Shown: positions 20,752 to 30,937, counted from the first letter of the stretch. The stretch is 64,000 bases of DNA from Candidatus Hermodarchaeota archaeon (GCA_048885525.1 JBHLLP010000008.1:1-64000), one strand, 5' to 3'. The notes: generated by a model not told the origin, from the letters alone. Translations and numbers: made by a program.

Positions 20752-22290
20752 ATCCAGCTTAATAGTAAGGATTTAGGAGTTGTAATCACGCCCCCTCGAA
20801 CAGTGGAATATATTATATCACGTTTAGGAGAAATTAAAGGAGATCAAAAAATTTTAGATCCATGTGTAGGATCCGGTATTTTTGTGAAGAAATTATTAGA
20901 ATCTGGAATATTTAGAAATCAAATAGTTGCGTTCGATATCAATTCTAGTTTTGAATCTGAAATTAATCAACTAGATATTTCTTTTAAAAAACAAGATACG
21001 CTCTTAGCCTTATATCCTGATTCTTATAATGAATTTGACTTTATTGTGGGCAATCCACCATATTTAAACAAAGCGAGCAATTATGTGCGATTAAATAGAG
21101 CAAAACTAAACAAAATTTATGGAAAAATAAATGCTCATGAAACCTATGCTATGTTTATTGTTAATAGTATTTGGCGTTTAAAAGAAGGAGGAAAATTAGG
21201 TTTTATTACTAGTGATTCATTTCTAACTTTAAATACTCATAAAAAACTAAGGAAATTTATCCTTAATAATTGTATGATTAATGAAATTCTCTTAGCACCA
21301 AAAAATTTATTCTCAAATCAAAATGTAAACACAAGTCCAGTAATTATTATTCTGACAAAATGCTCTGGTCAGAAAAATAGAATGATAAGAGAAAACAATG
21401 AAATGAGAATAACACCTAGAGTAAATAACGAGGATGATTATTATGTTCCTCAGATTGTTAATGAAATAAAGCAATCAAAATATAGTTCATTACCATTTAA
21501 TATATTTTTTACCGATATTGAAGATGAGATAATTCAGTTATTTGAAAGAGCACCCAAACTTGAAGATTACTTACAAGGATTTATTGGGATGCATACCCAT
21601 GATAATAAAAAGTTCATAGCAGCAATTGAAGGTACAGAACTAGCGGATATTTTTAAGAAGAGAAATATGAAAATTACAGATTCAGATAAAAAACATAAAA
21701 TTATAGAAAGAGATAATCTAAATTCAAATCAATGGAAACCTTATTTAAAACGAGGAGGGGCAGATCAATATTATAGACCTATAATGGAGGTTTTAGATTG
21801 GAGGGAGGATTCAATTAAAAATTATGATATTCCGAAAAATGTACCATTTGAGGAAGAGGGGATAGTAATAAGTGGAGTGAGTACAAGATTAGCAGCACGT
21901 TATATGCCAAGAGGATGTTATTGGGATTCTAATAAAGCTATTGGATTTATAATCAAAGAAAAATCTATTTCCGTTCCTTATATTTTAGGTGTGCTAAACA
22001 GTTCCTTATATAATTACTTAGCAAAAGGAATTATCAATAATACTAGTAGTATACAAATTACAGGGATAAATACACTACCATTTATAACTCCCTCTAATGA
22101 AGTTAAACAAAAAATTGAATCAATAGTTCATAAAATCATTGAAATGAAGAAAAATAACATAAATTTTTATTTCGTTGAGGAACAAAAGGAAATTGACAAA
22201 ATAATTTTTTCTTTTTATAAAAGTCAATTTAATTTACCCGAGCATCTAAAACTAAAATTAGATGAACAGTATTCAATCTATTCAGGATAG
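20752..22290 (+). CDS. N6-adenine DNA methyltransferase, TaqI-like with C-terminal target-recognition domain (start uncertain; ORF track uses GTG 20803)
   Basis: ILDPCVGSG, VGNPPY, LKEGGKLGFITSDSFL, YILGVLNSSL. The frame is open upstream of 20803 through IQLNSKDLGVVITPPRT (motif X). Confidence 0.85.
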   Translation: MQLNSKDLGVVITPPRTVEYIISRLGEIKGDQKILDPCVGSGIFVKKLLESGIFRNQIVAFDINSSFESEINQLDISFKKQDTLLALYPDSYNEFDFIVGNPPYLNKASNYVRLNRAKLNKIYGKINAHETYAMFIVNSIWRLKEGGKLGFITSDSFLTLNTHKKLRKFILNNCMINEILLAPKNLFSNQNVNTSPVIIILTKCSGQKNRMIRENNEMRITPRVNNEDDYYVPQIVNEIKQSKYSSLPFNIFFTDIEDEIIQLFERAPKLEDYLQGFIGMHTHDNKKFIAAIEGTELADIFKKRNMKITDSDKKHKIIERDNLNSNQWKPYLKRGGADQYYRPIMEVLDWREDSIKNYDIPKNVPFEEEGIVISGVSTRLAARYMPRGCYWDSNKAIGFIIKEKSISVPYILGVLNSSLYNYLAKGIINNTSSIQITGINTLPFITPSNEVKQKIESIVHKIIEMKKNNINFYFVEEQKEIDKIIFSFYKSQFNLPEHLKLKLDEQYSIYSG

Positions 22291-22363
22291 AATTAAAAAG
22301 TATGATTGTATTAAAGAAAAAAAAGAAATTGATAATATTATCTTTAATTTTTATAAAAGGAAA

Positions 22364-23044
22364 TTAATTTATCCCTATTACATGAGGGCACACTCTTCTA
22401 CAAGTATTGCATTTCTTCAAGACATAACCTTTCTGATGTTTGTGTATTGAATGTGATCTGCAGATTTTTTGGTTTACTGTTATTCCATCTAAAGCTCCTT
22501 TAGGACAAGAATTTAAACATATTTCGCAATCCTGCAAACATCCCTCATAATCTGCTATAGGATCCCCTTGTAATTTAATATTCACTAAAAGAGCTCCGAG
22601 TTGAATCTTATTGCCAAATTGTTTATTTATTAAAAGAGTATTTTTTCCTAATACTCCAAGTCCAGCAAGGTGACCAGCATGTCTTAATGATAAAATTGCC
22701 TTTCCATACATCCTATCAGGCTCCCAATATTCATAAGGATCATCAGAAGGAATTGGAACAGCTCCAATTCCCAATTCTTCTAATTTTCTTGTAAAGTGTA
22801 CTGTTAAATTATCTACCTCCTGAATAATTAAACTCCCTAGATGTGAATATGGTACAAAACTCGATGCATTTAGAGGTCCATTTGGAACCCTTTTTGCAAA
22901 TACGATTACAGATTTACATTCTTTATATATATCTCTGGGGTGAAAACCTTTCGGTGCCCCACTAAATCTTTCAACTGGAGCAATACCACATAAATCAAAC
23001 CCCAAATTATTTGAAATTTCTTTAATATTTTCTGAGGTAACCAT
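22364..23044 (-). CDS. QueG-like Fe-S protein
   Basis: GFDLCGIA, SLRHAGHLAGLG, CLQDCEICLNSCP, CNTCRRVCP. Confidence 0.78.
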   Translation of the reverse strand: MVTSENIKEISNNLGFDLCGIAPVERFSGAPKGFHPRDIYKECKSVIVFAKRVPNGPLNASSFVPYSHLGSLIIQEVDNLTVHFTRKLEELGIGAVPIPSDDPYEYWEPDRMYGKAILSLRHAGHLAGLGVLGKNTLLINKQFGNKIQLGALLVNIKLQGDPIADYEGCLQDCEICLNSCPKGALDGITVNQKICRSHSIHKHQKGYVLKKCNTCRRVCPHVIGIN

Positions 23045-24861
23045 TATAATTTTTCATCTTTAATTTCTTCTTTATATTTCTTTCTAAGGTCTATTAAATA
23101 TTCTGGTATTGGAACATCCCACCAACCAACAGCTGGAGATCCTGTATAGGGATATTTTCTTTGAACTTCAATCTCTATTACTGCTGGTTTTCCAGACTTA
23201 GCAGCTCTTTCAAGTGTAGGAATTATCTCTTCTTTTCTAGATATTTTTTCAGAATAGCATCCAAATGCTACACCGATTTTAGCAAAATCAGGAGAATATG
23301 TTTCTCCATTTTTGTATTCAAAAGCGGTACCATAGCCTCGATTTTCACCAAATGCGGCTTGTTGTAAATCTTTAATTGCAATCCAGCCATGATTATTGAG
23401 AACAATAAAGAAGATATTATCTAATCCAAGTTGAACTGCCATTGATATTTCTGAAATTGTCATCATAAAGTCTCCATCACCAATTAAAGCAACAACTTGC
23501 CTTTCTGGTTTTCCAATATCAATTGATCCTAATTTTGCCCCGATTGCTGCTGGAACGCTATAACCCATTGTTGAAAATCCGCCAGCAGTTAGACATGTTT
23601 TAGGTTCATAAAATTCTAATTCTTGAAGCATCTGAGCTTGAACATTTCCAGAACTAGTTACTATTACAGCATCTCTGTCAAAAAATTCTCTTATTTCTCT
23701 TAAAACGGTAGATATCATTACTGGTATTTTTGAATCATCTCGATTTTCATCAAGAAATTTAAACCATTCATTCTTCTCTTCTTGAATTTCTTTAAAATAT
23801 TCAGTATTCTTATAATCTCTTGAGTAATCTCCTAATTCGTCCAAAATTTGGATTAAGCATGCTTTTGCATCACCAATTATACCGACAGATACAGGATAAT
23901 TCTTACCAATTTCATGAGGATCAATGTCAATTTGAATTAGTTTTGTTGGTGGAATTGAAAAGCTAACACCATCTTTATATGAACTCGCAGTTTCATCAGC
24001 AAATCTACAACCAACTGCAAGAATAACATCAGCATTAGAAGTCATTTTTAATCCAACTTTTGTACCTTTTGAACCCGCTGACCAACAATAAAGAGGATGA
24101 GAATTATCTATAATATCCTTTCCCATCATGGTAACTACTACTGCTGCACCTACTTTTTCTGCTATTGCTTTAACTTCTTGGCTTGTATTTGAAGAAATTG
24201 CTCCTCCGCCGATTAATAAAACAGGTCTTTTTGAATCTTTAATTAACTTTACAGCTTTTCTTATAAACTCAGGATCACCCATCATACGTCCAATTGATCT
24301 TCTCTCTAGAGGTTCCGGAATTTCTATATCGATAGAATTCGCTTGTATATCCATAGGAAGATCAATATGAACAGGTCCTCTTCTTCCTGTTAACATAATA
24401 TTAAAAGCTCTCTGCATTATAGTTGCTAGTTGTCCTACAGTATTTACCTCGAAACTCCTTTTTACTATAGGTTCTAAAATTTTAGGCATACTAGAATCTT
24501 TCTTTCTTTCAATTTCTTGCAGGACACCTTTTCCTCTCATATGAACATGAGTATCTCCAGTAATAATAAGGCAAGGAAAAGAATCAACAAAAGCATCGGC
24601 AACTCCAATAGCAGTATTAATTGCCCCAGGCCCGATAGAAGTAAAAACACATAATGGTTTTCCAGTAACTCTATAATATCCTACTGCGAGATGGACGCCA
24701 GCCATCTCCTGCTTAGGTTGAATCAAATGAATTTTCTCCTTATCTTTGAAGAAAGCATCTACGAGTGGAAGATTTCCATGTCCAGGGATACCAATAACAT
24801 ATTTTACTCCCTCCTTTATTAGATACTTGGAGATTATCTCTCCACCAGTATATTTAGGCAT
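23044..24861 (-). CDS. Thiamine-pyrophosphate enzyme, acetolactate-synthase large-subunit-like
   Basis: GIPGHGN, TSIGPGAIN, GPVHIDLP, TPP motif GDGDFMM...NN. Confidence 0.85.
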   Translation of the reverse strand: MPKYTGGEIISKYLIKEGVKYVIGIPGHGNLPLVDAFFKDKEKIHLIQPKQEMAGVHLAVGYYRVTGKPLCVFTSIGPGAINTAIGVADAFVDSFPCLIITGDTHVHMRGKGVLQEIERKKDSSMPKILEPIVKRSFEVNTVGQLATIMQRAFNIMLTGRRGPVHIDLPMDIQANSIDIEIPEPLERRSIGRMMGDPEFIRKAVKLIKDSKRPVLLIGGGAISSNTSQEVKAIAEKVGAAVVVTMMGKDIIDNSHPLYCWSAGSKGTKVGLKMTSNADVILAVGCRFADETASSYKDGVSFSIPPTKLIQIDIDPHEIGKNYPVSVGIIGDAKACLIQILDELGDYSRDYKNTEYFKEIQEEKNEWFKFLDENRDDSKIPVMISTVLREIREFFDRDAVIVTSSGNVQAQMLQELEFYEPKTCLTAGGFSTMGYSVPAAIGAKLGSIDIGKPERQVVALIGDGDFMMTISEISMAVQLGLDNIFFIVLNNHGWIAIKDLQQAAFGENRGYGTAFEYKNGETYSPDFAKIGVAFGCYSEKISRKEEIIPTLERAAKSGKPAVIEIEVQRKYPYTGSPAVGWWDVPIPEYLIDLRKKYKEEIKDEKL

Positions 24862-25045
24862 TTTTAGTTCAATTTAATTTATTGGTTTTTATTAAATATA
24901 ATTTGTTAAACTAAAAATAGATTTTAGTTTGTTTATCAACTATTTTTCACTAGTTTAATACTAATTTTAACAGAAATCGATAATATCTACATATTATTCT
25001 TATTTAAATAATCTCATAATTTGAGATCTCTCTTGGACTATAAAA

Positions 25046-25324
25046 ATGCAAACAGCAACTCAAGTAGCTAACAAATTAAACCTTTTACAATCAAAACGAG
25101 ATAAATTAAGAAAGTTGCTTCTGAATTATATTAATTTCTTAATTAAATGTCTTAATGGTGTAGAAACAAAAAAAGAAGCAAGACGAATTCTAGATTCTCT
25201 AAAAACCCTTGAAACCAATATGTGGATTCAAAACCAATCTAATGAAGAGTTATCATTTAGTTCTTATTTAAGAGAAGAGAGGAAAATTTATCAGGAAATA
25301 GATAATTTATACTTACCTTATTGA
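25046..25324 (+). CDS. Hypothetical protein
   Basis: 92-aa ORF filling an intergenic gap; no recognisable motif. Confidence 0.5.
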   Translation: MQTATQVANKLNLLQSKRDKLRKLLLNYINFLIKCLNGVETKKEARRILDSLKTLETNMWIQNQSNEELSFSSYLREERKIYQEIDNLYLPY

Positions 25325-25435
25325 ACTTTTTTTACCTAAAATGTTATTGAAAATTCGACATCCCCTCACTTTTTATAAGTAAAATTTCAAGATTTAAACA
25401 TATACCACTTAAAGGTATGTTATTGTAGTTATTGG

Positions 25436-26734
25436 ATGGGTAAAGTGCCTTCTGTTTTAGAAAAGATTCGTGTTTTAGGAGAAAATTCAAAATATGATAT
25501 TTGTGCTAGTACTGCTTCCAGTCGTACAGTGAAATATCCAAAACTCTTTGGAGATTCAAAAAATTGGATCGGAACAACGGAAAGTGGAGGGATTTGTCAT
25601 TCCTATACACCTGATGGACGGTGTATGAGTCTTTTCAAGACTCTTTATACAAATAAATGTATTTATAATTGTAAATACTGTTTCTCTCACAATTGTAAGA
25701 AAAAAATGAGTTTCACTCCAGAAGAATATGCTCGAACATTCATGAAACTCTATTCTATGAATGTAGCTGAGGGTGTATTCATTTCATCTGGAGTTTGTGG
25801 TAGTGCAGATACTACAACTGAAGATATGTTAGAAGCAATTCGTTTACTACGATATAAATATAAATTTCAAGGATATGTGCATTTTAAATGTTTACCTGGC
25901 GTGAGTCAATATCTACTTAAAGAGGCAATATATCTTTCTGATCGGATTTCAATAAACATGGAAGCCTCTTCTAAGGTACATCTAGCAGAGATCGCAGATC
26001 AAAAAGATTTCAACAATGACATTATAACTCGACAACGTTGGTTAAAACAGCTACGCAATATACATAATAAAGAGACCATTAAAGAAATGAAAGATCTACA
26101 CCAAGATAATAAATTAAAATTTCAAGAAGAAATGATTAAAGCTCGAAGAGAAAATGGATATAAGAAATTTCGGTGGGATGGTGCTCCAATTCTCAATAGT
26201 GGACAAACAACTCAATTTGTAATAGGAGCAGCTGAAAATGAAACTGATTTAGAATTGTTGAACAGAATTGATTGGAGTTATAAACAAATTGATCTAAGGC
26301 GAGCTTACTTCTCATCATTTATTCCTATTGAAGGGACACCATTTAGTGGTAAGCAAGCAGCCCCATTAGCTAGAGAACATAGATTATATCAAAGCGATTG
26401 GTTATTAAGAATCTACCATTATAAATTACGAGATATAAAAGAAATTTTAAATGAGGACGGAAATTTACCTCATGGAGATCCAAAAATGCACTTAGCACGC
26501 AAATACTTTGAGGAACATAGCCTTATAAATCCTAATGAAGCATCTTATCAAGAATTGTTAAAGATTCCTGGTATTGGTCCAATTTCTGCGAAAAGAATAA
26601 TAAATTTAAGAGCTAAAAAATTCAAGTTTAGCAAAAGAAAGGATCTTCAATCTGTTGGGGTTATATTAAAGCGAGCAGATCCATTTCTTATAATAAATGG
26701 CAATTCCCAAACAACAATTGAAAATTTTACATAA
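25436..26734 (+). CDS. Putative DNA modification/repair radical SAM protein (TIGR03916-like) with C-terminal helix-hairpin-helix
   Basis: KYDICAS, GICHSYTPDGRCMSLFK, CIYNCKYC, REHRLYQSDWLLRIY, LLKIPGIGPISAKRI. Confidence 0.88.
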   Translation: MGKVPSVLEKIRVLGENSKYDICASTASSRTVKYPKLFGDSKNWIGTTESGGICHSYTPDGRCMSLFKTLYTNKCIYNCKYCFSHNCKKKMSFTPEEYARTFMKLYSMNVAEGVFISSGVCGSADTTTEDMLEAIRLLRYKYKFQGYVHFKCLPGVSQYLLKEAIYLSDRISINMEASSKVHLAEIADQKDFNNDIITRQRWLKQLRNIHNKETIKEMKDLHQDNKLKFQEEMIKARRENGYKKFRWDGAPILNSGQTTQFVIGAAENETDLELLNRIDWSYKQIDLRRAYFSSFIPIEGTPFSGKQAAPLAREHRLYQSDWLLRIYHYKLRDIKEILNEDGNLPHGDPKMHLARKYFEEHSLINPNEASYQELLKIPGIGPISAKRIINLRAKKFKFSKRKDLQSVGVILKRADPFLIINGNSQTTIENFT

Positions 26735-26760
26735 CAAATCAAATTCGTTTAATAAATATT

Positions 26761-27420
26761 ATGAAAGATAGATGCAAAAGAGACCCTATGGGAGTGATAG
26801 GAAGGGCTAAAGGGTTTACTCATGAAGATATAATTCAAAATCTGCCGCGTCATAAAAATTTTTCTCTACATCTTATTTCACAAATAAAGAGAACACCTGA
26901 AGTAATTTTTCGTAATTGTGGGACTCCTTTCGCGAAGAAAATTAATAGAATGATGCGAGAAATCGGAACTGAGGCATATCGTGCAAAACAATTTACTCGA
27001 ACTGAAATAAATAATCGTGGTGTATTATATGGAGTAGTTTTACTTAGACACAGAGTTATGGATAGAGTCTTAAACTACTTTCATGAAAGATGGCCTCAAT
27101 GTATAATATGTCTATACAATGAGTATGATAAAAAAACAAGCTTTATCAATGAAAGAGGAAAAATACAAGAAATTGAGATGCCTTTGAGTGATATAGTTGA
27201 AAATATAAGCAAAGATAGACCAGTAGTGCCATATTTCGAAGATATCCAATTTTCAGGGGAAAAAATATTCAAGACCTTATATAGTTCTCAATTTATATCT
27301 GAAAGGGAAAATAGCAAATACTACAAAAAAATGATTCCAGACACGTGTTTTGAATTACCAGGGATGAGGGGTGGAGTAGAAAAACGTTTTCGAAATAAAA
27401 ATATAAACGATTATCTATAA
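26761..27420 (+). CDS. DUF4130/TIGR03915-like partner of the radical SAM protein
   Basis: Position after the TIGR03916-like gene; EAYRAKQFTR, YFHERWP, YSSQFISEREN...KKMIP. Confidence 0.7.
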   Translation: MKDRCKRDPMGVIGRAKGFTHEDIIQNLPRHKNFSLHLISQIKRTPEVIFRNCGTPFAKKINRMMREIGTEAYRAKQFTRTEINNRGVLYGVVLLRHRVMDRVLNYFHERWPQCIICLYNEYDKKTSFINERGKIQEIEMPLSDIVENISKDRPVVPYFEDIQFSGEKIFKTLYSSQFISERENSKYYKKMIPDTCFELPGMRGGVEKRFRNKNINDYL

Positions 27421-27422
27421 AT

Positions 27423-28202
27423 CTAAACTATTTTAGCAAATAATCCTTTTACTGTTTTATATGACTTACTATCATTTGGTAGGTCTAAGAGATTTTCCCC
27501 GATAATATTAATTCTGCTAATTTCATCGCTATTTTCGACAAAACCAAGGAGTTTTACATATTCTTTTCCAATTTGCTCTACTTCATTTTCTAAAATATCT
27601 CTAATAGAGTTCTTTGGAAACCGATTACCAAGGATCCACACGTTTTCAAATTTTAAATTAACTTCTTTAGTCACTTCTAATATGCGTTTCATGGTATGGA
27701 TTCCCATTTTACTAGGGTCACTAACAATGACTAAATCAGTAACATTCCGACCCGTTTTTCGAGAAAAAAATTCTAACCCCGCAGGAGCATCGATGAGTAC
27801 GACTTCATAATTCTTCGCCAGTATGTCAATAATGCGTTTCAAATAATTATTGATACTGCAATAGCATCCTTCTCCTTCTCCTCGACCCATTTCTAAGATA
27901 TCAAACTTATTCATTTCAATAAGTGCATCAAATACCTCCGATTCGACGATTTGATCCTTTGAAACGTCGAGAGGTATTAATCTTTTTTGAATCTTCTGCT
28001 TAAATTCAGCCATTTTTCCACCAACGGTTTCTTTAAAATGGATTTCTTTACCAATTATGTCGCCGATATTTGCGTCGGGATCAGCATCAATTACAAGGAT
28101 ATTGATATCCTTAAATTTTTCAAGGAGATATTTGAGCATTAATACAAGGAGCGTGGATTTTCCTACACCACCCTTTCCAGAAAATGAGATAATTTTTTTC
28201 AT
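27423..28202 (-). CDS. cooC: CooC/AcsF-type nickel-insertion ATPase
   Basis: SGKGGVGKS, IDADPD, GEGCYC, DAPAGLE. Confidence 0.85.
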   Translation of the reverse strand: MKKIISFSGKGGVGKSTLLVLMLKYLLEKFKDINILVIDADPDANIGDIIGKEIHFKETVGGKMAEFKQKIQKRLIPLDVSKDQIVESEVFDALIEMNKFDILEMGRGEGEGCYCSINNYLKRIIDILAKNYEVVLIDAPAGLEFFSRKTGRNVTDLVIVSDPSKMGIHTMKRILEVTKEVNLKFENVWILGNRFPKNSIRDILENEVEQIGKEYVKLLGFVENSDEISRINIIGENLLDLPNDSKSYKTVKGLFAKIV

Positions 28203-28524
28203 TACTGAAACACTTAAGAGTACTAATTTTTCACTATGTAAAGGTAATTGATTTAAAATTAAAAACTTATTATAAATAATTCAAAAGAATAGAATTTGTT
28301 AAAATAAGAATTATAAGTGGAACTAATAGAGATATTAATAATTAATAAATTCATTTTTCCATTAAAGATAATACTTCATTCTAATACCTACTCAAAATTA
28401 CATACTTTTTTTTAAAAAATTAGGTAATTTAATCTAAATTAATAAAATAGAATATAAAGTATGATTTTTGTATTATTTGATTGATAATAGTATTAAAAGA
28501 TGGTTGACTTTTTTAATATTAAAT

Positions 28525-29343
28525 ATGGAAACAAAGAAAATAGAATCTTACAAAAAAACTGTAAAGAAGACGATCAGTCTTGCCAGAACCTTAGTCAAAA
28601 ATCAAATTCGAGAAATATATGAATTAGGTCATTATCTTGCTGATAATGTTTTATCTAAAGTATCGATGATTATTCTAGCAGAAAAAAATCGACTAGATTT
28701 AATATTTAAAAACCAAATAGATAGAAGAACTCTAGATTTTCCCGATCTATATAAGAATATGCAACAAAATTATTTTTCCAACATTAAGAAATATGAAGAT
28801 GTAGCTAAAGAATTTCATGCTGAAAAAAGTATGTACCAAGCCCGATTCGAATTGCTTGATTTGACATTTAATCAAACAGAAGCAGAGAAATATGTTGATT
28901 TTGTCATTGACGTAATGAGAGAGACAGGGATACTAGATAAAAACGAAATTTTACCTAATATAAATATTTTACCTGGATCATCAGTAATGTCAGATTCTAA
29001 AAAAGATTTTAGACAAATAAAATATCAAGAGCTTTATGATCTTTTAAAAAATCCGCGGAAGGCTGATGTACTTATTGCAATAAATAATACACTTGATTAC
29101 CTCTTAATTAATAACTTAAAAGTAGATTTAATTATGGAACTTAACCGGTCAAGTGATTACACAATACTTTTTAATTCATACTGGTATGTAAATACGATAC
29201 GTGGGCGCTTATATTTTAAAAACCAAAAAACGAAAGAACAATTCTCATACACAGAACCTACTAAAAATGTTCATGTATTGGAAGATTTTCTAAATTACTT
29301 TAAGGAGAAAGTGAAAGAAAAAGGTATAATTATAAAGGAATAA
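28525..29343 (+). CDS. Hypothetical protein (ATG 28525 preferred over TTG 28468)
   Basis: Long ORF, no recognised motif. Confidence 0.6.
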   Translation: METKKIESYKKTVKKTISLARTLVKNQIREIYELGHYLADNVLSKVSMIILAEKNRLDLIFKNQIDRRTLDFPDLYKNMQQNYFSNIKKYEDVAKEFHAEKSMYQARFELLDLTFNQTEAEKYVDFVIDVMRETGILDKNEILPNINILPGSSVMSDSKKDFRQIKYQELYDLLKNPRKADVLIAINNTLDYLLINNLKVDLIMELNRSSDYTILFNSYWYVNTIRGRLYFKNQKTKEQFSYTEPTKNVHVLEDFLNYFKEKVKEKGIIIKE

Positions 29344-29414
29344 CATTCTGAAGGAAATTATAGAGGAAACTGTAAGTAAAAAGTATATTAATAATTAATA
29401 AGTTCTCTAATTTC

Positions 29415-30227
29415 TTAATTTTGTTGTTCTTGACGATACACAGGAACAATTTTAGAAGTAAAATCCTCAAGGGTATATTTAAACTCCTCCTCACTTGAGA
29501 TTTTTCCCAACTCCAACATAATTTGTCGTGCTAAAAGCCAGAATGCAAGGCCTAATGCTTTTTTGCCTCTATTATTTGCGGGTATTGCAAGATCTATACC
29601 TGTAAGAGTATCATCGGTGTCAAAGAGAGATACTACTGGAATTCGTGCTAATTTAGCTTCTCGTAAAACTACTTTATCTGCATGAGGATCTACAATTACT
29701 ACTACACTTGCATCTTTAATATATGTATCAATAATAGGATTTGTAAGTGAACCTGGAATAAATCTTGTAGTTATAGCTCTACACCCTAATACTTCACAGA
29801 ATTTTCTTACCGGTTCTTTCCCATATCGACGAACTGAAGTAACGATAACTCTATCGCTTCCTTCTTCAACATATTTACTTAGAAATTTTGCTGCAATTTT
29901 AAGTCGGTCATCTGTTTGAGTTAAATCAATAACATATAATCCATAATTTGTTTGTCTGTAGATAAATCGTCTAGCATCTCCTGTCAGTAATTTTGTTCCA
30001 ATATGTATACCGCAACTTAAGTAAAGCTGTTTTCTTTCTTCATCTTTATCAATCAACTCTTCCTTTATTTCCATCGCTTCGATGTCTTCTGTATCTAATA
30101 AGTCAAGTTCTTCTTCTAGATCTAAATCTTCTTCAAAATCTATGTCAAAATCTTCGCTAAAATCTTCTATATCATCGTTTTTTTTCTTTTTTTCTGATTC
30201 TTCAGGTTTCTTTTTCTTTCGAGCCAA
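29415..30227 (-). CDS. rps2: 30S ribosomal protein uS2 with acidic N-terminal extension
   Basis: GIHIGTK, RFIPGSLTNP, IPANNRGKKALGLAFWLLAR. Confidence 0.95.
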   Translation of the reverse strand: MARKKKKPEESEKKKKNDDIEDFSEDFDIDFEEDLDLEEELDLLDTEDIEAMEIKEELIDKDEERKQLYLSCGIHIGTKLLTGDARRFIYRQTNYGLYVIDLTQTDDRLKIAAKFLSKYVEEGSDRVIVTSVRRYGKEPVRKFCEVLGCRAITTRFIPGSLTNPIIDTYIKDASVVVIVDPHADKVVLREAKLARIPVVSLFDTDDTLTGIDLAIPANNRGKKALGLAFWLLARQIMLELGKISSEEEFKYTLEDFTSKIVPVYRQEQQN

Positions 30228-30445
30228 TATTGTAGCCTTATTTGTATTTTTCTGACGTTAATTAAATCAAAATATTTTTGAGTTAAATGATTTAATGAAT
30301 ATATTATTGAATACATTATAACTTTAATATTTTATCAAGCAGATTTTTCGAAAAGCTTTAGAACTAAAGTTTTAATATAGGAAAATGATTTTAATTATTA
30401 ATATAACTTATAGAATATAACTATAATATAGTGATTTAATTTATA

Positions 30446-30937
30446 TTGGTTTTAATAATGACATCCTATCGATTGATTATTGGTATTATTATAGGGGTCA
30501 CACTTAGTTTTTTTACAGCTTTTTTCTTTAATATGACTGATATTGTAACTATAATATCTTCCGGAATTAATGGACTACGTATGGTAGCATTATTAGTAGG
30601 AGCAAATTTTGATTTCGATATGATTTCATTTATAACTGGATCTCCTTCCATTCTCGGCTTTTTTGTTCCCGAAATTTTAGCATGGATTTTTATTGGTTAC
30701 CTTACAGGGTCAATAGCTAAAGGTTTGAGACGAGGAACCATAGCAAGTTTATTAGTTGTTATTATAGTATTATTGTTTTGGATAATACTAAGCATTATAT
30801 CTGGTGAAGATTTAATGTCTTTATTCCAGGGAACTCAATTAATTGAAACATTAGGGGGAATTATTAGCGCATTTATTGGAGTCTTAATAGGAGGAGTAGT
30901 TGGAGGGCTAGTAAGCGGTCCCTATGAAGAATTCTAG
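30446..30937 (+). CDS. Hypothetical multi-TM membrane protein
   Basis: About four hydrophobic, Gly-rich helices. Confidence 0.7.
   Translation: MVLIMTSYRLIIGIIIGVTLSFFTAFFFNMTDIVTIISSGINGLRMVALLVGANFDFDMISFITGSPSILGFFVPEILAWIFIGYLTGSIAKGLRRGTIASLLVVIIVLLFWIILSIISGEDLMSLFQGTQLIETLGGIISAFIGVLIGGVVGGLVSGPYEEF

Noticed and set aside
22177-22450. Repeat pair as a diversity-generating retroelement VR/TR, and ORF 22262-22450 as a real gene
   Set aside because: Mismatches are not confined to adenines, no reverse transcriptase is present, and the ORF runs antisense into the QueG-like gene.
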